Positions 26,505-34,784 are shown, counted from the first letter of the stretch. The stretch: 35,047 nt of DNA from Planctomycetota bacterium (GCA_045863855.1 BTVV01000060.1:1-35047); one strand, 5' to 3'. Notes: generated from the letters alone by a model not told the origin. A program made the numbers and translations.

Positions 26505-28685
26505 ATGGCTCAAGCAACCGCTCCAGCGGCTCCCCTCGGCGCAACCGGCAACCTGGCGCTCTTCGCCCGCTACGCGGACGTGGGCCTCGCCTTCGGCGTC
26601 GTGGGCGTGGTGATCGTGCTGGTGATCCCGATCCCTACGATCGCGCTGGACCTGCTGCTGTGCTGCCAGATCGCGCTCTCGCTGGCCGTGATCATGGGCA
26701 CGCTGTATTGCAACGAGCCGCTGGACTTCGGCGGCTTCCCCTCCCTGCTCCTCTTCGTCACGCTATTCCGTCTGGCGCTTAACGTCGCCTCTTCGCGGCT
26801 GATTCTGCTACAGGGCGACGCGGGCTCGGTGATCCAGTCCTTCGGCGATTTCGTGGTGGGCGGCAATTACGTCGTCGGCATGACCGTCTTTTTGATTCTG
26901 GTGGCGATCCAGTTCGTGGTGATCACGAAAGGCTCCGGGCGCGTGGCGGAAGTGGCGGCGCGGTTCACGTTGGATGCGATGCCAGGCAAGCAAATGGCGA
27001 TCGACGCGGACCTGAACGCGGGGCTCATCGACGAAGCGCAGGCGAGGATACGCAGGCAGAAGATCGAACGCGAAGCCTCCTTCTTCGGTGCGATGGACGG
27101 CGCGAGCAAGTTCGTACGCGGCGACGCGATCGCCGGATTGCTGATCACCGCGATCAACATCCTCGGCGGGCTGGCCATTGGCGTGCTTCAGAAAGATATG
27201 GCGGTGGGCGATGCGCTGAAGAAGTACACGCTGCTGACGATCGGCGACGGGCTGGTGACGCAGATCCCTGCGCTGCTGGTTTCGACGGGCGCGGGCATTC
27301 TGGTGACGCGCGGGGCGAGCGAGTTCAACCTCGGGCAGGACCTGGGCAAGCAGCTCCTGCTGCGCGCGCGGCCGATCCAGATCACGGCGGTCTTCCTGCT
27401 GATCTTCGCCTTGGTGCCGGGGCTGCCAACGATTCCGTTCGGGCTGCTCTCGGCGGTGCTCTTCTTCGTCGCCTGGGCCGTGGACAAGAAGAGCCTGGCC
27501 GAGCCGGCGGAAGCGGCCGCGCCGGCGGGCAAGGGCGGGCCGGGCGGTTCCGGCGGAACGGCCCCCGCGCGGGAGAGTCTGGAGCCGTTCTTGAAGCAAG
27601 ATGCGGTGGAACTGGAACTGGGCACGACGCTGCTGCAACTCGTGGATGCGCAACGCCAAGGCGACCTGTTGGGTCGGATCGCGCAGATCCGCAAGCGCCT
27701 GGCGGCCGAACTGGGCATCGTGGTCCCGTCGATCCGCGTACGCGACAACCTGAAGCTCACGCCCCGGCGTTACCAACTCCGCATCCGCGGCGCGGTGGTG
27801 GCGGAGCACGAACTGTTCCCCGACAAGCTGCTCGCGATCAACCCCGGCCATGCGCGCCAGCCGCTGCAAGGCACGGCTTCGACCGATCCGGCCTTCGGGC
27901 TGCCGGCCTTCTGGATCACCGACGCGCAGCGCGGACGCGCCGAAGCTTTCGGCTACACGGTGGTCGACGCGACCTCGGTGCTCTCCACGCACGTCCAGGA
28001 AGTGCTGCGCGACCACGCGGCGGACCTGTTGAGCCGGCAGGATGTGCAGGCGATGGTCGAACGGCTGAAAGAGTCCGATCCGGCGGTGGTCAAGGATGTG
28101 GTGCCGAACCAGATCACGCTTCCCATGTTGCACCGCGTCCTGCAAGGCGTGCTGCGCGAACGGGTGCCCGTGCGCGACATCGTCACGGTGCTCGAGACGT
28201 TGGGCGATCAAGGCGGCAAGGGCGAGACCATTCCGAATCTGGTCGAGCAGGTGCGGCTGGCGCTCGCGCCGGCGTTCGTAGGCAGCTACGCGTCGGACCA
28301 GGGCAAGCTTCACGCGCTGGCGCTGGCGCCGGAACTGGAAAGCCGGCTGTTGCGCTCGCTGGTGCGCGCCGAGCAGGGCCTCACGCTGGTCCTGACGCCG
28401 ACGCAGGTGCCGCGCTTGCTGAAGGCGCTGGAAGAGCGGCACACGAAGGCGAGCCGGCGGCAGTCGCGGCTGGTGCTGCTGTGCTCGGCGGCGCTGCGCC
28501 CGCACGTGCAGCGGCTCCTGAGCCGCGCGCTGCCGAAGCTGCCAATCGTTTCTTACCTAGAGGTGCCGCGCGGACTGCAGTTCGAAATCATGGACCAGGT
28601 GCCGGCAACGGCGCTGGGCGACGAGGCGGGCGGGATGTTCGGCACGCAGCCGATGACCGGCGGCGAAGCGGCTCCGGCGACGTAA
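26505..28685 (+). CDS. flhA: Export gate protein FlhA
   Basis: FHIPEP motif RVAEVAARFTLDAMPGKQMAIDADL, GAMDGASKFVRGD, TIGDGLV, DPAFGLPAFWI. Confidence 0.97.
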   Translation: MAQATAPAAPLGATGNLALFARYADVGLAFGVVGVVIVLVIPIPTIALDLLLCCQIALSLAVIMGTLYCNEPLDFGGFPSLLLFVTLFRLALNVASSRLILLQGDAGSVIQSFGDFVVGGNYVVGMTVFLILVAIQFVVITKGSGRVAEVAARFTLDAMPGKQMAIDADLNAGLIDEAQARIRRQKIEREASFFGAMDGASKFVRGDAIAGLLITAINILGGLAIGVLQKDMAVGDALKKYTLLTIGDGLVTQIPALLVSTGAGILVTRGASEFNLGQDLGKQLLLRARPIQITAVFLLIFALVPGLPTIPFGLLSAVLFFVAWAVDKKSLAEPAEAAAPAGKGGPGGSGGTAPARESLEPFLKQDAVELELGTTLLQLVDAQRQGDLLGRIAQIRKRLAAELGIVVPSIRVRDNLKLTPRRYQLRIRGAVVAEHELFPDKLLAINPGHARQPLQGTASTDPAFGLPAFWITDAQRGRAEAFGYTVVDATSVLSTHVQEVLRDHAADLLSRQDVQAMVERLKESDPAVVKDVVPNQITLPMLHRVLQGVLRERVPVRDIVTVLETLGDQGGKGETIPNLVEQVRLALAPAFVGSYASDQGKLHALALAPELESRLLRSLVRAEQGLTLVLTPTQVPRLLKALEERHTKASRRQSRLVLLCSAALRPHVQRLLSRALPKLPIVSYLEVPRGLQFEIMDQVPATALGDEAGGMFGTQPMTGGEAAPAT

Positions 28686-28724
28686 GGCCACGGCACGACC
28701 AGACGACGAAGAAGGGGGTGAGCG

Positions 28725-29603
28725 ATGCGTATCAAGACTCTACGAGGCGCGACGATGCTGGCGCTGCTGGACGCGATTCGCGCGGAACTGGGCCCGCAGG
28801 CCGTGCTGCTTTCGGTGCGCCGCGTGCCGCTGGATCCGCTGGCCGGCATGGACGCGGGCAGCGTGCTGGAAGGCGCGGCCGCGGTGGATCCGGATGCCGT
28901 GGCGCAACCGGAACCGGCGGCGACGGGCACGTACGACCGCCCGGTGATGCCCAGCGCGCCGCGGGCCGCGGAGATGCGTCTCGGTTCCAAGAGCGGCGCG
29001 TCCCAAGAACGGGACCGCGCAGGCGTGGCAGTGTGGCTGCTGGTGGGCGCACCCGGCAGCGGAAAGACCGTGGCTTCGGCAAAAGTTGCGGCGTGGCTGC
29101 GCGGCAAGCAATCCCAGCCGGTAGGACTGCTTTCGACCGATGCCTGCAACACGCGCCAGGAACCGGCGTTACGAATGCACGCGCGAAAATTGGGATTGCC
29201 GTGGACGGCCGCACAATCGGCCTCGGAGTTGCATGAGAAGGTACAGAGCTGGAACGGAAGGGGGCCGCTGGTGGTCGACACGCCGGGTGTGGACGGAGCG
29301 CAAGTAGCGAGTTTGCGAAGCGTGAAGGCGGCGCTGGAGCAGACCGGCGCGCGCGTCGAGACGCATCTGGTGCTGAACGCCGTGGCATCGGCCACCGAAC
29401 ATTCGCGGCTCTGGAAAACCTTCGCGCCGATCGGATGCGGGCAGACGCTGCTGACGCACCTGGACCGGACCGAAGACGGAGCGGATCTGGTGGCGCGGCT
29501 GCTGAGTTCGAAGATCGGCATCTCGTTCCTGGGCACGGGCCCGAAGATTCCGGACGATCTGATCCTGGCCACGCCCGAACGGATGCTGCACGTTTTTGCC
29601 TGA
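28725..29603 (+). CDS. flhF: FlhF-like SRP-family GTPase, short and degenerate
   Basis: MRIKTLRGATM..IRAELGPQAVLLS N-terminus, GAPGSGKT, DTPG, THLD, GTGPKIPDDL; located between flhA and flhG. Confidence 0.85.
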   Translation: MRIKTLRGATMLALLDAIRAELGPQAVLLSVRRVPLDPLAGMDAGSVLEGAAAVDPDAVAQPEPAATGTYDRPVMPSAPRAAEMRLGSKSGASQERDRAGVAVWLLVGAPGSGKTVASAKVAAWLRGKQSQPVGLLSTDACNTRQEPALRMHARKLGLPWTAAQSASELHEKVQSWNGRGPLVVDTPGVDGAQVASLRSVKAALEQTGARVETHLVLNAVASATEHSRLWKTFAPIGCGQTLLTHLDRTEDGADLVARLLSSKIGISFLGTGPKIPDDLILATPERMLHVFA

Positions 29604-29625
29604 ACCCCTGAATCGGAGAGACGCG

Positions 29626-30465
29626 GTGAAACCAGTTCCTCGCCAGACGAAGACCTACGCGATCGCCAGCGGAAAAGGCGGCGTGGGCAAGACGAACGTC
29701 GCGGCGAACCTCGCGATCGCGCTGAGCGGCATGGGACAGCGGGTGCTGCTCTTCGATGCCGACTTAAGCCTGGCGAATACGGATCTGCTCTTCGGCCTCG
29801 CGGCCAGCGCGACGCTGGAGCATGTGATCGCCGGACGGCGGCGGCTGGACGAGATCGTGGTGCAGGGACCGGAAGGCGTGGACATCATTCCGTCGGGCTC
29901 GGGGATCGCCGAGCTGGCGGACCTGGCGCCCGAACGGCTGAACGTGATCGCGGAGCAACTCGCGGCGCTGGCCGGCTCGTACGACACGGTCCTGATCGAC
30001 GTGCCGGCGGGAATCGGCCCGGTGGCGCGGCGCTTTTCGTACCTGGCCGACGAGATCCTGCTGGTGATCACGCCGGAGCCGACGTCGGTCGCGGACGCTT
30101 ACGCGCTGGCGAAGTTGCAGCGCAAGGAAAGCCCCCACGGGCGGCTGCGGCTGATGGTGAACATGGCTCAGGACGACGAAGAAGCGCGGCGCGTGGCGCA
30201 GGCGTTCTCGGAGATCATGGTCCGCTTCCAGTCGTGTCCGGTGGAAAGCCTGGGCCACATTCCTTGGGACGCCAACGTGCCAGAGGCGGTGCGCCGCCAG
30301 CAGCCCTTCATGACTTGCTATCCGAATTGCCGCGCCTCGCGCGTGCTGAAGGCGATCGGGCGGACGCTGTTGCTCCAGCGCGAAGCCTTGGCCGGCGCGC
30401 AGGCGGCGAGTCCGGGCGGCTGGAACCGCCTGCTCACGTGGATGGATCCGCTTCCGGAGAACTGA
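29626..30465 (+). CDS. flhG: MinD-like ATPase FlhG/FleN
   Basis: SGKGGVGKT, FDADLSLAN, PSGSG, TPEPTSVADAYAL, C-terminal amphipathic WNRLLTWM. GTG 29626 follows GGAGAG (TTG 29596 is an alternative start). Confidence 0.92.
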   Translation: MKPVPRQTKTYAIASGKGGVGKTNVAANLAIALSGMGQRVLLFDADLSLANTDLLFGLAASATLEHVIAGRRRLDEIVVQGPEGVDIIPSGSGIAELADLAPERLNVIAEQLAALAGSYDTVLIDVPAGIGPVARRFSYLADEILLVITPEPTSVADAYALAKLQRKESPHGRLRLMVNMAQDDEEARRVAQAFSEIMVRFQSCPVESLGHIPWDANVPEAVRRQQPFMTCYPNCRASRVLKAIGRTLLLQREALAGAQAASPGGWNRLLTWMDPLPEN

Positions 30466-30469
30466 ACGC

Positions 30470-30748
30470 ATGTCGCCCGCCGCTCAACCGCTGCATGTCC
30501 GTCTGCTTTTGACCCGCTTTGTCGTGCTGGTGGCCGCGATCGCGGGAGGCTTGGCGTTCGTGCTCTCGCATTCGAACGGCTGCGCGTGGCCGCAGGCGCT
30601 GCTGCGCAGCCTCCTTTCGGCGCTGGCGTGCGTGGCGCTGGGCGGGATGGCGGTGCCGCTGCTGATTCCCATGCTGAAAGCCGAACCGGCGCCGGAACCC
30701 GAAGCGAAGAAGTCCGATGGCGCGCCGGCCGTTCAACCGGCCCGCTGA
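30470..30748 (+). CDS. Small two-TM hypothetical membrane protein
   Basis: Two hydrophobic helices and a PEPE tail; fills the flhG-fliA gap on the same strand. Confidence 0.7.
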   Translation: MSPAAQPLHVRLLLTRFVVLVAAIAGGLAFVLSHSNGCAWPQALLRSLLSALACVALGGMAVPLLIPMLKAEPAPEPEAKKSDGAPAVQPAR

Positions 30749-30807
30749 TACGTGAGCCGCATCGCGGCTCGATCGAGAATCCGTTTCGCCGTCGAGGTTG
30801 AATCCGC

Positions 30808-31644
30808 ATGACCGCAGCATTGACTTCCGCTCCGCCCGATACGCTGCGCGCATCGCGAGAAGTCGCGGACCGCGCGGCTTGGGAACGCTTTCGCGCCGAG
30901 CCAGACGATCCGGAGTCGCGCGACGCGCTGGTGCGGCGCTACCTGCCGCTGGTGAAGTCCGAAGCGCAGCGCATGTTGGCGCACCTCCCGTCGCACATCG
31001 ACCGCCAGGAGCTGTTCGCCGAAGGCGCGGCCGGATTGCTGCACGCGATCCATCATTACGACGCGAGCCTGGGCGTGACGTTCACCGCGTACGCGCGGCG
31101 GCGCGTCTGGGGCGCGATGCTCGACCGCATCCGCGGACTGGCCGGCGTGCCGCGCTCGTTCCACCAAGCCGTCCGGCAGATCGACCGCGCGCTGGATGCG
31201 TTCCTCAACCGGCACGACCGGCAGCCCAGTGAAGAAGAACTGGCCGAGGAGCTGAAGATATCGGTCGCCGAACTGCATGTGCTGCAACGGCAGGCCTCCC
31301 AATCGCAGATGCTCTCGCTGGACGCCGGCACAGACCAGGACGCGGGGCGGCCGATGGCCGCGACGATTCCGGCGGCAGTCGAGCGGAGCGATTCCCCACT
31401 GGACGGGCTGGTCGAGAAAGAGACCCGTGAACACCTCGTGAAGGCCATGCAGGCGCTGCCCGACCGCGAGCGGGCGGTGCTGGTGCTGCATTTCCACGAA
31501 GGGGTAATGCTGAAGGAAATCGCGCTGGCGCTGGAAGTCTCGGAGTCGCGCGTCTCACAGTTGCTCAGCCAGGCGCTGCAGCGGCTGAAGGTCCAGATGC
31601 GGCGCGTGGCGGGAAGCGGGTCGCCGCCGCCCGACGAAACGTGA
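30808..31644 (+). CDS. fliA: RNA polymerase sigma factor FliA/WhiG (sigma28)
   Basis: RYLPLVK..LPSHID, FTAYARRRVWGAMLDRIR, PSEEELAEEL, LKEIALALEVSESRVSQL. Confidence 0.94.
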   Translation: MTAALTSAPPDTLRASREVADRAAWERFRAEPDDPESRDALVRRYLPLVKSEAQRMLAHLPSHIDRQELFAEGAAGLLHAIHHYDASLGVTFTAYARRRVWGAMLDRIRGLAGVPRSFHQAVRQIDRALDAFLNRHDRQPSEEELAEELKISVAELHVLQRQASQSQMLSLDAGTDQDAGRPMAATIPAAVERSDSPLDGLVEKETREHLVKAMQALPDRERAVLVLHFHEGVMLKEIALALEVSESRVSQLLSQALQRLKVQMRRVAGSGSPPPDET

Positions 31645-31681
31645 CGACTCGTAACGTCGCGAGGGGTAGCAGGGGGAGTGC

Positions 31682-33160
31682 ATGGAGGCCGGTCCTGGGA
31701 TTCAAGCGGTAAGCGCGGGCTTGCAGCCGCTGAGCGCGAACCCGGACGCCTCGATGCAGGCGCGCGCCGGCTTGACGGCGCCGATGTCGCTGCTGGATGC
31801 CGAAGGCGCGGGCAGCCTCCCGGCCGACCGCGTGGACGTTTCTCGCGCGCAGGTAACCACGCGCCCCGAAGTCGCGGTGGCGCATCTCGGTCGCACGCCG
31901 CCTACTCAACTCGCCGATTGGCCCCAAATTGCGCCGCTGCTGCGGCAAGCCGGATTCGAAGCTCCGCCCACGGGCGTCTCGGCGGCGGAAACGCAGGCCG
32001 CCGTGACGCAATGGATGCAACTCATGCCTTCGGCGCAATCGGCTTTCTGGCAGGGCATGCGCGCGGCGCTGGCCTCGCCTCCGCAAGCCGCGGCCGGTCA
32101 AGCGGCCCCCGCGCCGCGCGATCCCGCCGGCGTCTCGAACGCGCTGGACACCCTCATGAACGCATCCGGCCTGACCGTGCTCGTGGCCGATGCGCCGGAG
32201 CCGCCCGCCGGCGCGCCCGAAGGCCGCGCCGCCTCCCCTAACCCGTTGCCACAACCAACCGCGCGCAGCCCGGAAGCACCGGCCCCGCGCATGGCGAGCG
32301 GCGCGCCACAGGCCGCAACCTCCGAGCCGCAGACTGCAAATCTGAGTGCGGACGGCAAGCCTGCTGCCCTCGGAGCGTCCGACAGCACCGCACTCGGCCG
32401 CGCGCCAGGGACTGCTCAAGCGCTGCCTTCGTTCGCCGTGCCGATGCCAGAAGCAACCGACACGCCTGGGGTACCGGTGCGCGTGGAGACGAGCCGAACG
32501 CCGCACGGATTGCCGCAGGAGCAGGCCGCGTCGCGCACGGCGCCGCGCGATAACCAAGCCTCCCAGGCTTCCGCGCCTCCAACGAATCCCTTGGCCCCAC
32601 CGCGGCGCGAAGCACCGGCGCCGGCGCGGGTGCCGCTTGCGAGCGCGCACGCTTCGGGGCCCGCCGAAATGATTGACGAAGAAGCGGCGGCCTCGAAAAA
32701 TGCTCAGATCGAAGCGCTGGTCAACGGCGTGGCGCTCAAAACGCGAGATGCGCTGGGCGCCGAACCGCGCGCGGCTGCTCCCGGCGCGGAGGTTCAAGTT
32801 CAGTGGCAGTCGGCCGTACCGCTCTTCCCGGGCGGCGCGTGGATGCCGACCTGGGTGAATTTCGAATGGGCGGTGCAGGAAGACGGAAAACACGCTTCCG
32901 GACCGGAGACCGGCAAGCCCGCGCGTCCGCTGGCGCTCTCGCTGCATGTTTCGAACGAAGCTTTGGGCCGCGTGAGCTTTCACCTGGCCTGGACGGATCG
33001 CGCGCTGAACGGGACGGTGCAGGCCGAACGCCCCGAAGTGGGCGCGCAAATCCGATCGACGCTGCACCAACTGGGCGCTCAGTTGGAGGCCTTGGGCATG
33101 CCCAGCGCACAACTGTCGGTGCGCGAGGATTCCAACGCCTGGCTGGAGGCGGGCGCATGA
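31682..33160 (+). CDS. Second FliK-like protein (low-complexity body plus FliK-C-like domain)
   Basis: Ala/Pro-rich N-terminal region; C-terminal LSLHVSNEALGRVSFHL..IRSTLHQLGAQLEALGM; overlaps the FlhB-C-like gene. Confidence 0.68.
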   Translation: MEAGPGIQAVSAGLQPLSANPDASMQARAGLTAPMSLLDAEGAGSLPADRVDVSRAQVTTRPEVAVAHLGRTPPTQLADWPQIAPLLRQAGFEAPPTGVSAAETQAAVTQWMQLMPSAQSAFWQGMRAALASPPQAAAGQAAPAPRDPAGVSNALDTLMNASGLTVLVADAPEPPAGAPEGRAASPNPLPQPTARSPEAPAPRMASGAPQAATSEPQTANLSADGKPAALGASDSTALGRAPGTAQALPSFAVPMPEATDTPGVPVRVETSRTPHGLPQEQAASRTAPRDNQASQASAPPTNPLAPPRREAPAPARVPLASAHASGPAEMIDEEAAASKNAQIEALVNGVALKTRDALGAEPRAAAPGAEVQVQWQSAVPLFPGGAWMPTWVNFEWAVQEDGKHASGPETGKPARPLALSLHVSNEALGRVSFHLAWTDRALNGTVQAERPEVGAQIRSTLHQLGAQLEALGMPSAQLSVREDSNAWLEAGA

Positions 33161-33468
33161 GCGAGCACGGCCGAACGGAGCTTCCGCGGCGGCCGCGCAA
33201 GGCCGCGGTGGCTTTGGGCTACGAGCCTTCGCGCGATGCCGCGCCGCGCGTGCTGGCCAAAGGGCACGGCGAAGTCGCCGACGAGATCCTTCGCCGCGCC
33301 GCGGAAGCCGGAGTGCCGATCAATCCCGATACGCAACTCACCCACGCTCTGGGCAAACTGGAAGTCGGCGCCGCCATTCCGCCGGAGTTTTACCGGGTGG
33401 TGGCCGAACTGATCGCCTACGTCTATCGCATGGAGCAGGAGATGCCCTCCCGGAAAGGCAAGCCATGA
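33157..33468 (+). CDS. Stand-alone FlhB C-terminal-like protein (YlqH/FlhX type)
   Basis: KAAVALGY..APRVLAKGHGEVADEI..AGVPI..LEVGAAIPPEFYRVVAELIAYVY. ATG 33157 follows GGAGG; ATGA overlap. Confidence 0.9.
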   Translation: MSEHGRTELPRRPRKAAVALGYEPSRDAAPRVLAKGHGEVADEILRRAAEAGVPINPDTQLTHALGKLEVGAAIPPEFYRVVAELIAYVYRMEQEMPSRKGKP

Positions 33469-34199
33469 TCACCACCGCCACTCAACCTCAGTTTCTCGTC
33501 TGGGCCAGTTCGAAGGAGTTTGGCGCGCACGCCACGGAGTGGTTCTCCAAGACGGCGCTGCCGTGGAGTGTCTTCGACGAACTCTCCGATCTGGAACAGT
33601 CCCCGGCCGGTTTGTGTTACGGCCTTGTGGCCGACGGCGCGCAGCCGGAATGGACAACGCAACTGTTGTGGATGCGGGAGAAACACCGCTGGCCGGATAC
33701 GCCGATCGTGGTGCTGGGCGGACCGCTGCGCAGCGACCTCTGGACGCAGCGGCATCTGTACCAGATCTGCGATTGGCGCAACGAAGCGGACCTGGAAGCG
33801 CAGTTGTGGCTGGCGTCGGCGGGTGAACTGAACGTGCCCGAGGATCGCGGCGCCGCCTTGCGGGCCAGCTACCGGCACGTCTGCGAAGTGAGCGCGCCGG
33901 TCGAACTTGAGCTGCATACGGTGGACGTGAGCGAGGGCGGCGTGCAACTGAACTGCGCATTCCCCATTCCTAAAGGCACTTGCCTGAAGGTGAGCTTGGC
34001 CGCCCTGCACGCGGAACTGAACCGAGCACTGCCGATCGAAGTCTTGCGCTGCCGGCCGGCCGAACCGCCCCTAAGCGGCTATCGCGTGCATGCTCGATTC
34101 GTGAATCTTTCGCGCGATCAGATCCGTGAGATGCGCAAAGCGATGTTCCTGCTGCAATCCCGCGTCGCGCGGACGCTGCAAACGCTTACTGGCAAATGA
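33465..34199 (+). CDS. PilZ-domain protein with an unrecognised N-terminal alpha/beta domain
   Basis: C-terminal VDVSEGGVQL..PKGTCLKVSL..EVLRC..VHARFVNL; the RxxxR motif is altered (EDRGAALR). Confidence 0.8.
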   Translation: MITTATQPQFLVWASSKEFGAHATEWFSKTALPWSVFDELSDLEQSPAGLCYGLVADGAQPEWTTQLLWMREKHRWPDTPIVVLGGPLRSDLWTQRHLYQICDWRNEADLEAQLWLASAGELNVPEDRGAALRASYRHVCEVSAPVELELHTVDVSEGGVQLNCAFPIPKGTCLKVSLAALHAELNRALPIEVLRCRPAEPPLSGYRVHARFVNLSRDQIREMRKAMFLLQSRVARTLQTLTGK

Positions 34200-34410
34200 A
34201 GTGGTCGGTATGCCCACAGGTGCAGCGATAGCGGAAGCTCTTGACGATCCCATTCTCCTTTTCCACGGTCAGCCGCGGATCGCAATTGGTGCCGGGCAAC
34301 AGAAGCTGCCTCGGTTCGTGGCTGTACACCACCTTGCCGCCTTTGATGACCCGCGTGCGGGGGCGCGAGGTCGATTCCATTTCGGGCAGTTGGTTCGCGT
34401 GCGTCACCAT
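34186..34410 (-). CDS. Small (74 aa) protein with C-terminal CxCG-x5-C motif
   Basis: Strong SD GGGAGGGAG before the ATG and its own sigma54 box; ends ...VEKENGIVKSFRYRCTCGHTDHFICQ. Confidence 0.78.
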   Translation of the reverse strand: MVTHANQLPEMESTSRPRTRVIKGGKVVYSHEPRQLLLPGTNCDPRLTVEKENGIVKSFRYRCTCGHTDHFICQ

Positions 34411-34452
34411 GATGGCTCCCTCCCAAAATCAAGCGTTCACCCGAAGAGGTTG

Positions 34453-34468
34453 GGCAACCGGTATGCCA
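34453..34468 (-). promoter_or_regulatory. Sigma54 -24/-12 promoter of the CxCG gene
   Basis: Minus strand TGGCAT-ACCGG-TTGCC, about 42 nt before ATG 34410. Confidence 0.78.
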
Positions 34469-34634
34469 AAGGGCCATTCGGAAAATTCTACCGATGCACC
34501 GTGCATTGAAGAGTGGGCGCGCACCGTCTGCTGCGAATGTCTCACATACATAAGTTCTGTAACAAAAGAATGTTATAGCAGTTCCGTGGTTGTTGATTCT
34601 GAGGCCGAGCGATCCTAAAGCACTTGGGTGATCG

Positions 34635-34650
34635 TGGCACCGCTCTTGCA
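34635..34650 (+). promoter_or_regulatory. Sigma54 -24/-12 promoter of the HDOD gene
   Basis: TGGCAC-CGCTC-TTGCA, a perfect consensus. Confidence 0.82.
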
Positions 34651-34784
34651 AGTATGAGGCAAAGAGGTTCGAAGACGGGCTCCGTTCTTCGAAACTCGAT
34701 ACTGCGTTCTGGAAATCGGGACTCGAAGCCTCATTTCGGGATGCAATCTGCCACTGGGTCCGTTCACCTGGAGAGCTTGAAACG

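Noticed and set aside
8767..28685. Non-flagellar injectisome interpretation
   Set aside because: Rod, hook, FlgD, stators, FliL and FliA are present; no secretin or needle genes.
2667..33112. Many long minus-strand ORFs (e.g. 4033..5988, 11344..12747, 18868..20337, 26808..28505, 31565..33112)
   Set aside because: They are antisense shadows of well-supported high-GC genes, R/A-rich and without recognisable motifs.
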